Program-made: the position numbers and the translations under genes | Source: Patescibacteria group bacterium | GTDB lineage: Bacteria; Patescibacteriota; UBA1384; XYA2-FULL-43-10 | NCBI GenBank assembly: GCA_041674405.1 | Contig: JBAYVT010000002.1 | Coordinates: forward strand, 87,158-151,157 | DNA: 64,000 nt | Direction of reading: 5' to 3' | The notes under the pieces: generated by a model | What the model was told of the DNA's origin: nothing | What the model saw: only the letters and a program-made list of their open reading frames with translations | Database searches by the model: none | Shown: positions 11,085 to 20,287 of the stretch, in pieces | How the letters are laid out: each line of letters starts with the position of its first letter | Numbering within the stretch: position 1 is the first letter of the stretch

Positions 11085-11860
11085 TTGTATACAAACACTA
11101 TTTCTAATTTCGAAAAATCAACAATCGGTTGTACGCTCAATGTCTTGAAAATGTCTGCGCTGCCAGAGGTAGCTCCATAAACAGAGCCAATCATGAGCCC
11201 TTGTTCTAAATCCCCACCCAAACCGGATGTTATAACCATCTCACCCTTATTGGTCGCAATATCTTGGGGAATGTTGTCAAGAGAAAGTCCCGCCAAACCG
11301 CCCGTGAGGATCCCTACCTCGCGTGAATCTTGCAACATTGCCTGCACTATCGAATCCTTTGAGGTTATTAACATTACTTTTGAACTTTTAGCATTGACTT
11401 CGGATACTTTTCCAACCAGGGCACCATCAGTAATTATCGCGAGGCCCAAACCTACACCGTCATCGCTGCCTTTATCGATAACAATGTAATCCAGCGCAGA
11501 TATTGGATCCCTGCCGATAATTTTTGCCGGGATAAGCTCTCGATTTTGATGCGCTTCAACAAACCCAAGTTGTTTTTTTAACGTTTCGTTCTCAATCTTA
11601 AGTTCATTTAGTTCGTTTTTATCAATTTCTGCCTGAGAAAGTTTGTTGGTTAATTCTGCATTAATCTTTTTGAGATCAGAAATTTCACTTATTCCATGAA
11701 ACAAGCCTCGCGTTGCAAAAGAAGAATGCGAAATTGCTCCAATCATCGGGGAAAATACATACGAAAACGAAACACTGATCTTTTTTCGTGTAAATGGAAC
11801 AATGGCAAGAAGAATTACCAGCGCCGCAACAAACACTAAAATGTTTTTATTCCTCCTCAT
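11081..11860 (-). CDS. mreC: rod shape-determining protein MreC
   Basis: 259 aa with an N-terminal TM, a coiled-coil and a C-terminal beta domain. It lies immediately downstream of mreB. Confidence 0.8.
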   Translation of the reverse strand: MRRNKNILVFVAALVILLAIVPFTRKKISVSFSYVFSPMIGAISHSSFATRGLFHGISEISDLKKINAELTNKLSQAEIDKNELNELKIENETLKKQLGFVEAHQNRELIPAKIIGRDPISALDYIVIDKGSDDGVGLGLAIITDGALVGKVSEVNAKSSKVMLITSKDSIVQAMLQDSREVGILTGGLAGLSLDNIPQDIATNKGEMVITSGLGGDLEQGLMIGSVYGATSGSADIFKTLSVQPIVDFSKLEIVFVYK

Positions 11861-11867
11861 AAACCCT

Positions 11868-12923
11868 CTAACGCAATCTAAATTCCGCAGGCAACAAAAT
11901 GCCGGAAAGGACGTCTAGATCTTCTAAAACTATACCGGTTCCCCTTACAACCGCAGTAAGAGGATCATCTGCAATATGGACAATGGTATGTGTTTCCTCA
12001 GCAATCAGTGCATCGATTCCCTTAAGTAGCGCTCCACCACCAGCCAGGATAATACCTTTATCCATTATATCAGCCAAAAGTTCCGGTGGGGTTTCTTCCA
12101 TAGTTGATTTTATATTATCAATTATCATTCGAACGGATTTTTTCATTGCTTCCCGCATTTGATCAGCAGTTACAATAATCTCTTTTGGCAGACCAGAAAC
12201 CAAGTCGCGTCCCCTGAGGCGCGCTTCCAGTTTATCTTTAAGTGGCACGACTGAACCGATTTTTATTTTTATCTGTTCCGCTGTGCGTTCTCCGACCAAT
12301 AAATTAAACTGATCGCGGGCATATTGAATAATATCTTCGTTTAGTTCGTCTCCGGCTACGCGAAGAGAACGTGAAGCAACGATTCCGCCAAGCGAAATTA
12401 CTGCGACTTCAGTGGTTCCGCCACCGATATCTACAACCATTGTGCCGGATGCATCTTGTACCGGAAGCCTTGCCCCAATTGCTGCCGCTATCGGCTCTTC
12501 AATCAGATACACTTCACGCGCACCCGCATTTATAGCTCCTTCTTCAACAGCTCTTCGCTCAACTTCAGTCACCCCATATGGGATACCCACAACTACTCGT
12601 GGACGCGGTAGAAGAAAAAATTTATCGCGATGAACCTTATCAAGAAAATATTTTAACATTTGCTCCGTCACTTCGAAATCAGAAATAACACCATCAACCA
12701 GCGGACGAATCGCCACAATATGCGATGGAGTACGGCCAACCATCCTTTTCGCTTCTTCGCCGACTGCCAGTATTGCTTTAGTATTTTTATTGATCGCAAC
12801 TACCGAAGGTTCACGAATTACAATGCCAGCACCTTTCACATACACCAAAGTATTGGCAGTGCCAAGATCAATGCCAATATCATGAGAGAAGCGATTAAAA
12901 ATAATGTCTAATGGATTTTTCAT
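11868..12923 (-). CDS. mreB: rod shape-determining actin homologue MreB
   Basis: 351 aa with …IGIDLGTANTLVYVKG…DIGGGTTEVAVISLGG…, which are canonical MreB motifs. Confidence 0.95.
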   Translation of the reverse strand: MKNPLDIIFNRFSHDIGIDLGTANTLVYVKGAGIVIREPSVVAINKNTKAILAVGEEAKRMVGRTPSHIVAIRPLVDGVISDFEVTEQMLKYFLDKVHRDKFFLLPRPRVVVGIPYGVTEVERRAVEEGAINAGAREVYLIEEPIAAAIGARLPVQDASGTMVVDIGGGTTEVAVISLGGIVASRSLRVAGDELNEDIIQYARDQFNLLVGERTAEQIKIKIGSVVPLKDKLEARLRGRDLVSGLPKEIIVTADQMREAMKKSVRMIIDNIKSTMEETPPELLADIMDKGIILAGGGALLKGIDALIAEETHTIVHIADDPLTAVVRGTGIVLEDLDVLSGILLPAEFRLR

Positions 12924-13014
12924 AAAAAATATTCAAATCTCAAAATTAAGGGAATTTATTTCATTAATAGTTTTTGATTACCATTTTTATTTTTGATCTT
13001 TGAATTTCGAATTA

Positions 13015-13036
13015 TTTTTTGTGTATACACAAAAAA
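13015..13036. promoter_or_regulatory. 22-bp perfect palindrome TTTTTTGTGTATACACAAAAAA in the mltG-mreB intergenic region
   Basis: The palindrome is read directly from the sequence. It is about 90 nt upstream of the mreB start and about 105 nt downstream of the mltG stop. It could be an operator or a bidirectional terminator. Confidence 0.4.
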
Positions 13037-13142
13037 TTGACCCCCATCCAAAGTGTCTAAAATTAGAATAAATGAACATTGCCAAAAATGCAAATCAAAC
13101 CTCGCGAGGCACCCCACGAAGCAGAATTATGGAGTAATTGTA

Positions 13143-14117
13143 CTATCGGAGATATTTGTTCACATTCGCCTGGTGCTCGGCGGCGGTTGCAGCCGGATGA
13201 AGGGTACCATCGTCGTCAGTAATAAAATAATAGTAATTTGAATGAGTATAATTTATTACCGCTTCAATGCTTTTAAGCCCAGGATTGCAAATTGGCTCCG
13301 GCGGCAATCCGGCATATAGATAAGTATTAAAAGGAGAATTAATCGTGCTAAACGCCCTACCATCCGTTGAGTCCCAGAAATCGTACGCGCCGTTATTCGT
13401 ACCGACATTTTCTATTTGCATCGAATCAAACCCATATTGGACCGTGGGGTTAGACTCAAGCTTCATGTCAATATTCAATCGATTTTTGAATATTCCGGCA
13501 ATAATTGGCCTGTCGGCGTCTTTTTTTGCTTCACGCTCAACAATTGAAGCCAAAATTAAATCCGAATCAGTTAAATTTAAACTTTTCGTTCGTTCATTGT
13601 AATTATCATTCATTATTCTAACAATATCTGAAGCCGTTGACTTCACAGAGATATAATAGGTATCCGGAAATAGCTTGCCGTCATATCCGTAAGCTTGCGC
13701 CATAAAATCGGCATAGTTAACATATTTTTTTTCAGAAAGATATTGGGCAATCTGCTCTGCTCGCCAGCCTTCCGGAATTGTAATTTTTCTAATCGCAGTA
13801 TCACCAGATGAAATTTTCGTTGCAATATCTTTGATCGACATATCTTCCGACAGAAGATATGATCCGGCTCGCAATGTTTTGTGGGTTAGTTTGACATAAA
13901 TTACGAAAACCCAATCTGATTTGATCAATTTTTTGTCCAACAAATTGTCTGCCACGTCGATCGTGGCAGTTTTATCAGGAATCTCAAAAATCTGTTTGGT
14001 TGAGTCTAACCCCACAGGAGTTCTGATTATGTAGTTGAAATAAACAATACCCAAAAGCGCTAATATTAGTAACGCAAAAAAAATGTATAGAAGAATTGTT
14101 TTGAAATATTTGCTCAT
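13143..14117 (-). CDS. mltG: endolytic murein transglycosylase MltG/YceG family
   Basis: 324 aa with an N-terminal TM and a YceG-like domain (…TIPEGWRAEQIA…IVEREAKK…). Confidence 0.8.
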   Translation of the reverse strand: MSKYFKTILLYIFFALLILALLGIVYFNYIIRTPVGLDSTKQIFEIPDKTATIDVADNLLDKKLIKSDWVFVIYVKLTHKTLRAGSYLLSEDMSIKDIATKISSGDTAIRKITIPEGWRAEQIAQYLSEKKYVNYADFMAQAYGYDGKLFPDTYYISVKSTASDIVRIMNDNYNERTKSLNLTDSDLILASIVEREAKKDADRPIIAGIFKNRLNIDMKLESNPTVQYGFDSMQIENVGTNNGAYDFWDSTDGRAFSTINSPFNTYLYAGLPPEPICNPGLKSIEAVINYTHSNYYYFITDDDGTLHPAATAAEHQANVNKYLR

Positions 14118-14518
14118 TTATTGTGTTCTAAAAATTGTTCAAGAAGCAAGGCGGCTGCCATTTCGTCAACTTTTCCCTTGTCGTGGCGGAAATCAATCCC
14201 CTTTTCCGAAAGAATTCTTTCGGCTTCATGCGAAGTAAAATTCTCCGGCTCAAAAACCAAATCAAGTTCTGTTTTATTCGATAAGAGGTTTCCAAAACTC
14301 TTTATTTTGCCGACAATTTCGGGTTCTCCACCATCATCATATTCTGGTAAACCGATGATGATTTTTTCAATTTCTTCCGTAGCACAAATTTGAGCAATTT
14401 TGTCGGCGGCTTTTTCTAAATTACCGATATTTTCAACCGTACCAAAAGGTTTTGAAAACATTTCTCCGGTTGCCAGCCCTATTCTTTTTTCGCCATAATC
14501 GATTGCTAAAATTTTCAT
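14114..14518 (-). CDS. ruvX: Holliday junction resolvase-like RNase H-fold protein RuvX/YqgF
   Basis: 134 aa beginning MKILAIDYGEKRIGLATGE..., the YqgF signature. Confidence 0.85.
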   Translation of the reverse strand: MKILAIDYGEKRIGLATGEMFSKPFGTVENIGNLEKAADKIAQICATEEIEKIIIGLPEYDDGGEPEIVGKIKSFGNLLSNKTELDLVFEPENFTSHEAERILSEKGIDFRHDKGKVDEMAAALLLEQFLEHNK

Positions 14519-14630
14519 AAGGTAATTCTATCACAGAAAAGTCACGCAGATCTACACAATAAAACAAAAGAAACCATTCGACTTCATAAAAATTTAGACC
14601 ATGAATTCCTGCACAAATCTCTCTGATTGC

Positions 14631-16442
14631 CTATTCTTGATATCCAAAAGTAACCTTAATTCTGCTGGAAATAAATGGAATTCGCGCTAAGAAACTCGGC
14701 CAAACTTTAAGATCAACATCGTTTACGCCACTAATCCCAAGAATATAACTTCGTGCTGTGCCATATTTTTTATTTTTAATATTATTTTTGATATCGCCTG
14801 AATTTATTTTTTTGCCGATTTTTGTACTGTATTTTGCTGACATGCCAACAACCCCCTTGTCTTTGTCGTAGGAGCCAGCGCTGAAATCAATCTTGGTATT
14901 CTGATCATTTATAATCATTTGATCTGACCCAATTTCATTCACAACCTTATCGGATAGCATGCTCTTTAGGGCTGTCTCGGAAAAACTAATTCCGGAAACC
15001 TTTAGAGTGAGTTTCATATTAAATGATTCTGCTTCATCGCCTTCTTTCGCCGAAGCTTCTAGGGCAACTTGCTCCCCGGATGCGGTCGTACTTAGGAAAT
15101 TGGCATTATCTTTCGCTATTTCTGTTGAGATTTGATCTGAAAGTTGGGCTAAAAGGTCTTTTGTTAGAGAATCGGTGGCATTTTTAATATCGCCGGCTGA
15201 GACAATTTTAATTGTTTTGGTTGTCCCGCCGGACAAAGCAGCGGTTGTTTGGCCATAAATATTCATCCTTTTGTCGCCAGAAAATGACTCGATAGTAAAT
15301 TTCGACGGAGTCAAATTGTATTTATCACCCGACTCACGAGCAGTGACATGTCCTTTTACTTGCCCTGGAGTTACGACTACTTTTCCATTCACCAGGGCTG
15401 AAGTTGCTGCCGGTATTGTGACAGCCCCATTGGTGACAAACTGCAAACCTTGCGACGAGACAACTGATCCGTCTGCAATTGCTTGCGTATCGGTAGAAGA
15501 ATAAGCGTTATAAAAGACAATATCACCAGAAGATTTTGTTCCGGCATCTTTCGTCCCAGTGGTGTTGAAATCCTTCGAAAGATCACCCTGCGTATCTTGC
15601 ATGGTTCCGGGAATTAAGGAGTCGGCAGAATTAACATCTGTAATGGCTTTGTCGACTGAAAATGTGAAATCCTTCGCAAAGTCCGTGCTGGCCAGTTTGA
15701 TATCAATATTTGCGTATGGCAAAAAAACATACGAAAGCACTATTGCCAAAATGAGAAATGCTCCCGAAATAATCAAAAGTGGCTTTTTCCTTGATCCAAT
15801 TTTCTTGGGCTTTGAAATAGGCGTCTCTCCGTGCGAAATTTCCGGCCTTCTGCGCATTGAATTTGAAGTAATAATTGTTTCGGAACTTTTTTTAATTTCC
15901 TCATTTTTATCGGGCTTGATTGGTTCTGTGTCCTTTTTTTCGCGCTCTAACCCTTCTGGTTTGGGTTCAGTTGCCTTGGCGGGATCAGCCTTTGCTGCGG
16001 TTTTTTCTTCACCCAGGCTATCTTCCAGGTTTTTCTGCTCCTCCTGCTCATCACTGCCTTTGTCATATCTGTTTACCACAAACCCAGCCGCCGCTTCTTC
16101 GGATGATGCAGCTTCAATAACTCCCTCGTCCGAATCAGATTCTTCCGATGTTACCGGGACGGGCTTTTCTGGTTTCGCAGCACGCGCTTCGTTTACTGAA
16201 GAATAAATCGTTATGCCGACTTGCGAAGCTAAATTGCGTGATATTTTATCACCGGTAATAAGTGAGATAATCTTATTTTGCTTTTCAATTTCGCGCTTCA
16301 GAAGCTTCAAGTTCACGATACTTTGAGCAATTGTCCCTCCGCGCGGGACCATCAAAGAAACGCCATCGGCATCGATTTCCTTGATCCGGCCAATTACGCT
16401 TGCAATATCGTCGTCAGGTTCTAGATAAATGATTTCGTTCAT
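14631..16442 (-). CDS. hypothetical single-pass membrane protein in the position where ftsZ would be expected
   Basis: 603 aa. It has an N-terminal ~90-aa cytoplasmic globular domain, an acidic low-complexity linker, one TM helix (LLIISGAFLILAIVLSYVFL) and a ~370-aa S/T-rich beta-rich ectodomain. It follows ftsA on the same strand. Confidence 0.6.
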   Translation of the reverse strand: MNEIIYLEPDDDIASVIGRIKEIDADGVSLMVPRGGTIAQSIVNLKLLKREIEKQNKIISLITGDKISRNLASQVGITIYSSVNEARAAKPEKPVPVTSEESDSDEGVIEAASSEEAAAGFVVNRYDKGSDEQEEQKNLEDSLGEEKTAAKADPAKATEPKPEGLEREKKDTEPIKPDKNEEIKKSSETIITSNSMRRRPEISHGETPISKPKKIGSRKKPLLIISGAFLILAIVLSYVFLPYANIDIKLASTDFAKDFTFSVDKAITDVNSADSLIPGTMQDTQGDLSKDFNTTGTKDAGTKSSGDIVFYNAYSSTDTQAIADGSVVSSQGLQFVTNGAVTIPAATSALVNGKVVVTPGQVKGHVTARESGDKYNLTPSKFTIESFSGDKRMNIYGQTTAALSGGTTKTIKIVSAGDIKNATDSLTKDLLAQLSDQISTEIAKDNANFLSTTASGEQVALEASAKEGDEAESFNMKLTLKVSGISFSETALKSMLSDKVVNEIGSDQMIINDQNTKIDFSAGSYDKDKGVVGMSAKYSTKIGKKINSGDIKNNIKNKKYGTARSYILGISGVNDVDLKVWPSFLARIPFISSRIKVTFGYQE

Positions 16443-16512
16443 CGATGTGGAGTAAAATTAATTCTTCCTAAATAATATAACATGAAGCCTAATATATTCG
16501 TAGTTTCTGTTA

Positions 16513-16545
16513 ATTGTATCAAGTATTATGTATCAGGTATCAAGG
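16513..16545 (-). promoter_or_regulatory. tandem heptamer element (TTGATAC-CTGATAC-ATAATAC-TTGATAC-AAT, read on minus strand), copy 1
   Basis: About 33 of 38 nt are identical to a second copy at 38002..38033. Both copies are intergenic and sit in the same orientation just upstream of an exported-protein gene. Confidence 0.5.
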
Positions 16546-16580
16546 TTTGGAATACATGAAGCATGATACATTATTCTTAA

Positions 16581-17831
16581 TCACGATCGTATTCCTTCGA
16601 TCACTCTATCCAAAATCCCATCTACCAACTTTTCTTCGCCGACAAAATCAATTGCTAAATTCGCCATTGCCATTGGAGTAATGTCCTGCGCTCCGACTAA
16701 TTTTTCCGTCTCATCCTTAACGTTCAGAACTTGTCCCGGTTTAATAAAATCGACTTTCGGTTGGCGGGCAAATGGCAGGCGCTTCACCCATGCTTTTTTC
16801 TCAAGATATTCTTTTATTTCCGGAAGCATCGAACCGCCGCCGCATAAAAGAATTCTTGATGGTAGAAGATCGACATTAGAGAATTCTTCCAATGCCAATT
16901 CGACTCCGGCAAGCCAGACATCACAATCATTTTCGATCGCTTTTTTGATCTTTTCAGATTTTTCGCTTCCTTCTTTGATTTTTCCGCTCGAATATTGAAG
17001 CTTAATGCTTTCTGCTTGTTCAAAATCGGTTTGAAGCGCATCAGCAATAGATTTGGTAAATACCCGCCCTCCAATTGCAAACATCCTTGTGCCTTCCACT
17101 CCCCCTGCTCGAACTACGGCGATATCGGTAGTCCCACCGCCAATATCAATAAAAATAGAAGAAAAATCGGTAAGTTCTTCAAGCCCGACACAACGAGCTA
17201 CTGCATATGGCTCGGATGTTATTGCTAGTAGATCGAGGTCCAACCCTTCAGCAATGGTCTGCAATGCACCCAGATGAACGATTGGTGCGAAAGCATTGAA
17301 TATTCCTACCGAAACATCACGACCCTGAAAACCGATTGGGTTGGTAACTTTGTATTCATCAATCCGCACATCCACAACGGCTGAGTTAACCAATTTTACA
17401 TCAAGCTCAGAATGACCTGTTTCCCAAGCTAAAGTCGCACGGGCTTTTTCAAAAGTTTTGCGCTGTACTTGGTCAATAATTTCGCGGAGTTCGGAAAGGG
17501 TAATTTTTTCTTGTGGGTTCTCGCGACGGTAATGAACAGTGGTTGTTGTGCCTTTTACCAACTCGCCGGCAATGCCGATAATGCATTGGCGCGGTGCGAC
17601 ACCTGCTTCCTCAATAGCTTTATCTAGCGCCTTCTCGCAATTTTTAATTACGCCTGCAATATCTGTGACTCGCCCACCCTGCATATCGGAAAGCTTCTGG
17701 CGTTCCTTACCAACGCCTACAACATAGGCTCTATCATCCTCAACACGAAAAATCAGGACCTTGACAAATTCAGTCCCAATATCGAGCGAAACAGCATAAT
17801 TCTTCTTATTTTTGCGGTTAAATAGTCCCAA
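16581..17831 (-). CDS. ftsA: cell division actin-like ATPase FtsA
   Basis: 416 aa with …YAVSLDIGTEFVKVLIF…FIDIGGGTTDIAVV… actin-fold phosphate motifs. Its length and C-terminal tail fit FtsA rather than PilM. Confidence 0.75.
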   Translation of the reverse strand: MGLFNRKNKKNYAVSLDIGTEFVKVLIFRVEDDRAYVVGVGKERQKLSDMQGGRVTDIAGVIKNCEKALDKAIEEAGVAPRQCIIGIAGELVKGTTTTVHYRRENPQEKITLSELREIIDQVQRKTFEKARATLAWETGHSELDVKLVNSAVVDVRIDEYKVTNPIGFQGRDVSVGIFNAFAPIVHLGALQTIAEGLDLDLLAITSEPYAVARCVGLEELTDFSSIFIDIGGGTTDIAVVRAGGVEGTRMFAIGGRVFTKSIADALQTDFEQAESIKLQYSSGKIKEGSEKSEKIKKAIENDCDVWLAGVELALEEFSNVDLLPSRILLCGGGSMLPEIKEYLEKKAWVKRLPFARQPKVDFIKPGQVLNVKDETEKLVGAQDITPMAMANLAIDFVGEEKLVDGILDRVIEGIRS

Positions 17832-17897
17832 TTTGTTTGCCCCTCAACTTGATATGAAAACAACACAGTGATCCTGCTTAAGATTATTATATATTCT

Positions 17898-17926
17898 TTC
17901 ATAAGAATTGCCAAATAGCTCATAAA
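17898..17926 (+). promoter_or_regulatory. sigma70-like promoter TTGCCA-N17-TATATT
   Basis: A near-consensus -35/-10 with a 17-nt spacer, about 38 nt upstream of the small ORF at 17964. Confidence 0.5.
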
Positions 17927-17963
17927 TAGCTATATTGTCATCGAGTCTGATACCGCAATCGGG

Positions 17964-18195
17964 AAGGTTATGTATGCCGATGGATAACAGAAAAGGAGTC
18001 TGCCCCGCGATTCTGGTGATTGTCATCGTAGTGCTCATTGGCACACTGGTGGCGATCCACTTCCAACACGAGGCCAGAGCTGCCAGTCCCGAACTTCAGA
18101 TAGAGAGATCACTACCAGCGGGAAATCCGCCCGCCGGACACCCGGACGCTCACCTCACCAGCCTGCAGCCCACCCTTCCGAGGGCGGGCTGCTAA
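17964..18195 (+). CDS. small G+C-rich membrane protein (one TM helix)
   Basis: MPMDNRKGVCPAILVIVIVVLIGTLVAIHF... The ILV-rich TM helix is unlikely to be a chance GC-rich ORF. GGAAGG sits 7 nt upstream, and the gene has its own promoter and a downstream hairpin. Confidence 0.45.
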
Positions 18196-18203
18196 CGTTT
18201 GTA

Positions 18204-18226
18204 AAACAAAAAAAGGCTCATGAGCC
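18204..18226 (-). terminator. intrinsic terminator for alaS (GGCTCATGAGCC palindrome followed by T-run on minus strand)
   Basis: On the minus strand the sequence reads GGCTCATGAGCC followed by TTTTTTTGTTTT. Confidence 0.55.
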
Positions 18227-18249
18227 CAAGTATTTCATATGGAAAAATT

Positions 18250-20280
18250 TTAGCTTAGAATAGCCTTAATTCTACGCACCCCAGCGCTTGATGATTCTTC
18301 TTTCGTAATTTTGAAATGCCCGAGATCGCCGGTATTTGATGCGTGCGGTCCACCACAAATTTCACGCGAAACTATAGTTTCGCGTGATCCCGAGCGAGCA
18401 CCGCGAGCCGAGGGACTAATCGTATAGACTTTAACATTATCGCCATATTTAGCCTCAAATACCCCCATTGCCCCACAAGTTTTGGCATCTTCAAGGCTCA
18501 TTTCCTGCATGTCAACAGGAATATTTTTTGAAATTTGTTCGTTAACTAAATTTTCAACTTTGGAGATTTGCTCCGGCGTCATTTTTTCCGAGTGTGAAAA
18601 GTCAAATCGCAAACGTTCCGATGTAATATTCGAACCCTTTTGTACCACATGATCGCCAAGTACCTTGCGAAGCGCTGCCAACATCAAATGCGCTGCCGTG
18701 TGCAACTTCGCTGTTGCCTCCTTGTCATCCGCAAGCCCACCCTTAAACATCCCGGCCGACGCGGTACGGGATAGCTCCTGATGTTTTGCGAGCTCGGATC
18801 TAAATCCTTCTCTGTCAACAAAAAGATGCTCTTCCTGTGAAAGTTCAGTAATTAGCTCGAGTGGGAATCCGTAAGTTTGGTATAAGTCGAATGCTTCTTT
18901 TCCTGATAAATAGGCTGCGTGAATTTCTTTATTTGTGGCATTGATATTGTGTTTTTTGAAGATCTCGTTCACCATTTCGGAAGAATCGCCTGAATAGATA
19001 TCTCCCAAAATATCTCCTTTATCCGGAAGAACCATTATCTTTGCGTATTCTTCTTGCGAAATTGGTTTCTTTGATTCGAAAATCTTGCCCGCCCTTGCCA
19101 AACCGGACTGAATTGTCTTGGCGAATTTTTCCTCTTCCGCAGTGATATTTTTGATAATCTCGCCTCGGGTAATTTCAGGATATTCTGACGAATAAATCTC
19201 AATCACTTTTTCAATTAGAGAAATCAACGAAACTTTAATATTTAGAAGCCAGCCGTACCGAACAGCCCTTCGAATGATTCTGCGCAAAACATACCCCCGG
19301 TCAACATTGGACGGGATTATTCCTTCTGACGATATAAATACCGCCGCCCTTATATGATCGGCCAAAACACGAAAGCTTTTTCTTACGTCAACCCAGCATC
19401 GTTTGTCCTCTGCTATATATTCTTCATCCGATTTATCGCCATATTTTAGGTTCGATAGTTCTTCAATTTTTTCGATAATCGGTCGGAATAAGTCCGTTTG
19501 ATAGGCATCTGATTTGCCTTCCAAATACGCTGTCATACGTTCGAGACCCATGCCGGTATCGACATTTTTCTGATCAAGCGGTACGTATTCGAAATGCTCT
19601 TCCTCGATGAATTCGCCACCAGACGCCAATGCTTCTTTGCCTTTCTCTGTCAGAACTTTTCGAAATTCCATGAAAACATCATTCCAGACTTCGAGCCAAC
19701 CGGAATTTTCCGGATCAAATTCTTCCGGCGCATTGCCTCCACCCGTCCAGACAAACATCTCCGTATCTGGCCCGCATGGTCCCTCAATTCCGGGTGGCCC
19801 CCAAAAATTATCGCTTTTTCCCAGAAGCTTGATGCGAGACTCTGAAATTCCCAAACCCATCCAAATTTTTTTTGATTCCAAGTCAGCGTCCACACCTGGC
19901 ATTCCTTCAAAACAGGTGACGGCTAGATTTTTTGGGTCAATGTTGAGCTCCTTGGTCAGAAATTCATAGCTCCATTCAATTGCTTCTCTGCGTCCATAAT
20001 CACCCAGACTCCAATTACCAAGCATTTCAAAAAAAGTGAAATGAGACTCATCGCCTACGGACTCGATATCCCCAGTGCGTATACACTTCTGAACCGAAGC
20101 CAGCCGTTTGCCGCCCGGATGCTTCTCGCCCATAATATATGGAATTAACGGATGCATGCCGGCGGTGGTGAAAAGAACCGTCGGGTCGTTTTCCGGCACC
20201 AAAGAAGCAGAAGGAAGCACCTCGTGCCCCTTCTTTTTGAAAAATTCGAGATATTTTTTTCTTAGTTCTTTCGCAGTCAT
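18250..20280 (-). CDS. alaS: alanyl-tRNA synthetase, short form (catalytic + tRNA-binding + editing domains, no C-Ala domain)
   Basis: 676 aa beginning …FTTAGMHPLIPY…. The editing-domain HxxxH (HTAAHLMLAALRKVLGDH) is followed by …CGGPHASNTGDLG near the C-terminus. It is about 200 aa shorter than canonical AlaS. Confidence 0.9.
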   Translation of the reverse strand: MTAKELRKKYLEFFKKKGHEVLPSASLVPENDPTVLFTTAGMHPLIPYIMGEKHPGGKRLASVQKCIRTGDIESVGDESHFTFFEMLGNWSLGDYGRREAIEWSYEFLTKELNIDPKNLAVTCFEGMPGVDADLESKKIWMGLGISESRIKLLGKSDNFWGPPGIEGPCGPDTEMFVWTGGGNAPEEFDPENSGWLEVWNDVFMEFRKVLTEKGKEALASGGEFIEEEHFEYVPLDQKNVDTGMGLERMTAYLEGKSDAYQTDLFRPIIEKIEELSNLKYGDKSDEEYIAEDKRCWVDVRKSFRVLADHIRAAVFISSEGIIPSNVDRGYVLRRIIRRAVRYGWLLNIKVSLISLIEKVIEIYSSEYPEITRGEIIKNITAEEEKFAKTIQSGLARAGKIFESKKPISQEEYAKIMVLPDKGDILGDIYSGDSSEMVNEIFKKHNINATNKEIHAAYLSGKEAFDLYQTYGFPLELITELSQEEHLFVDREGFRSELAKHQELSRTASAGMFKGGLADDKEATAKLHTAAHLMLAALRKVLGDHVVQKGSNITSERLRFDFSHSEKMTPEQISKVENLVNEQISKNIPVDMQEMSLEDAKTCGAMGVFEAKYGDNVKVYTISPSARGARSGSRETIVSREICGGPHASNTGDLGHFKITKEESSSAGVRRIKAILS

Positions 20281-20287
20281 AAGTTAT

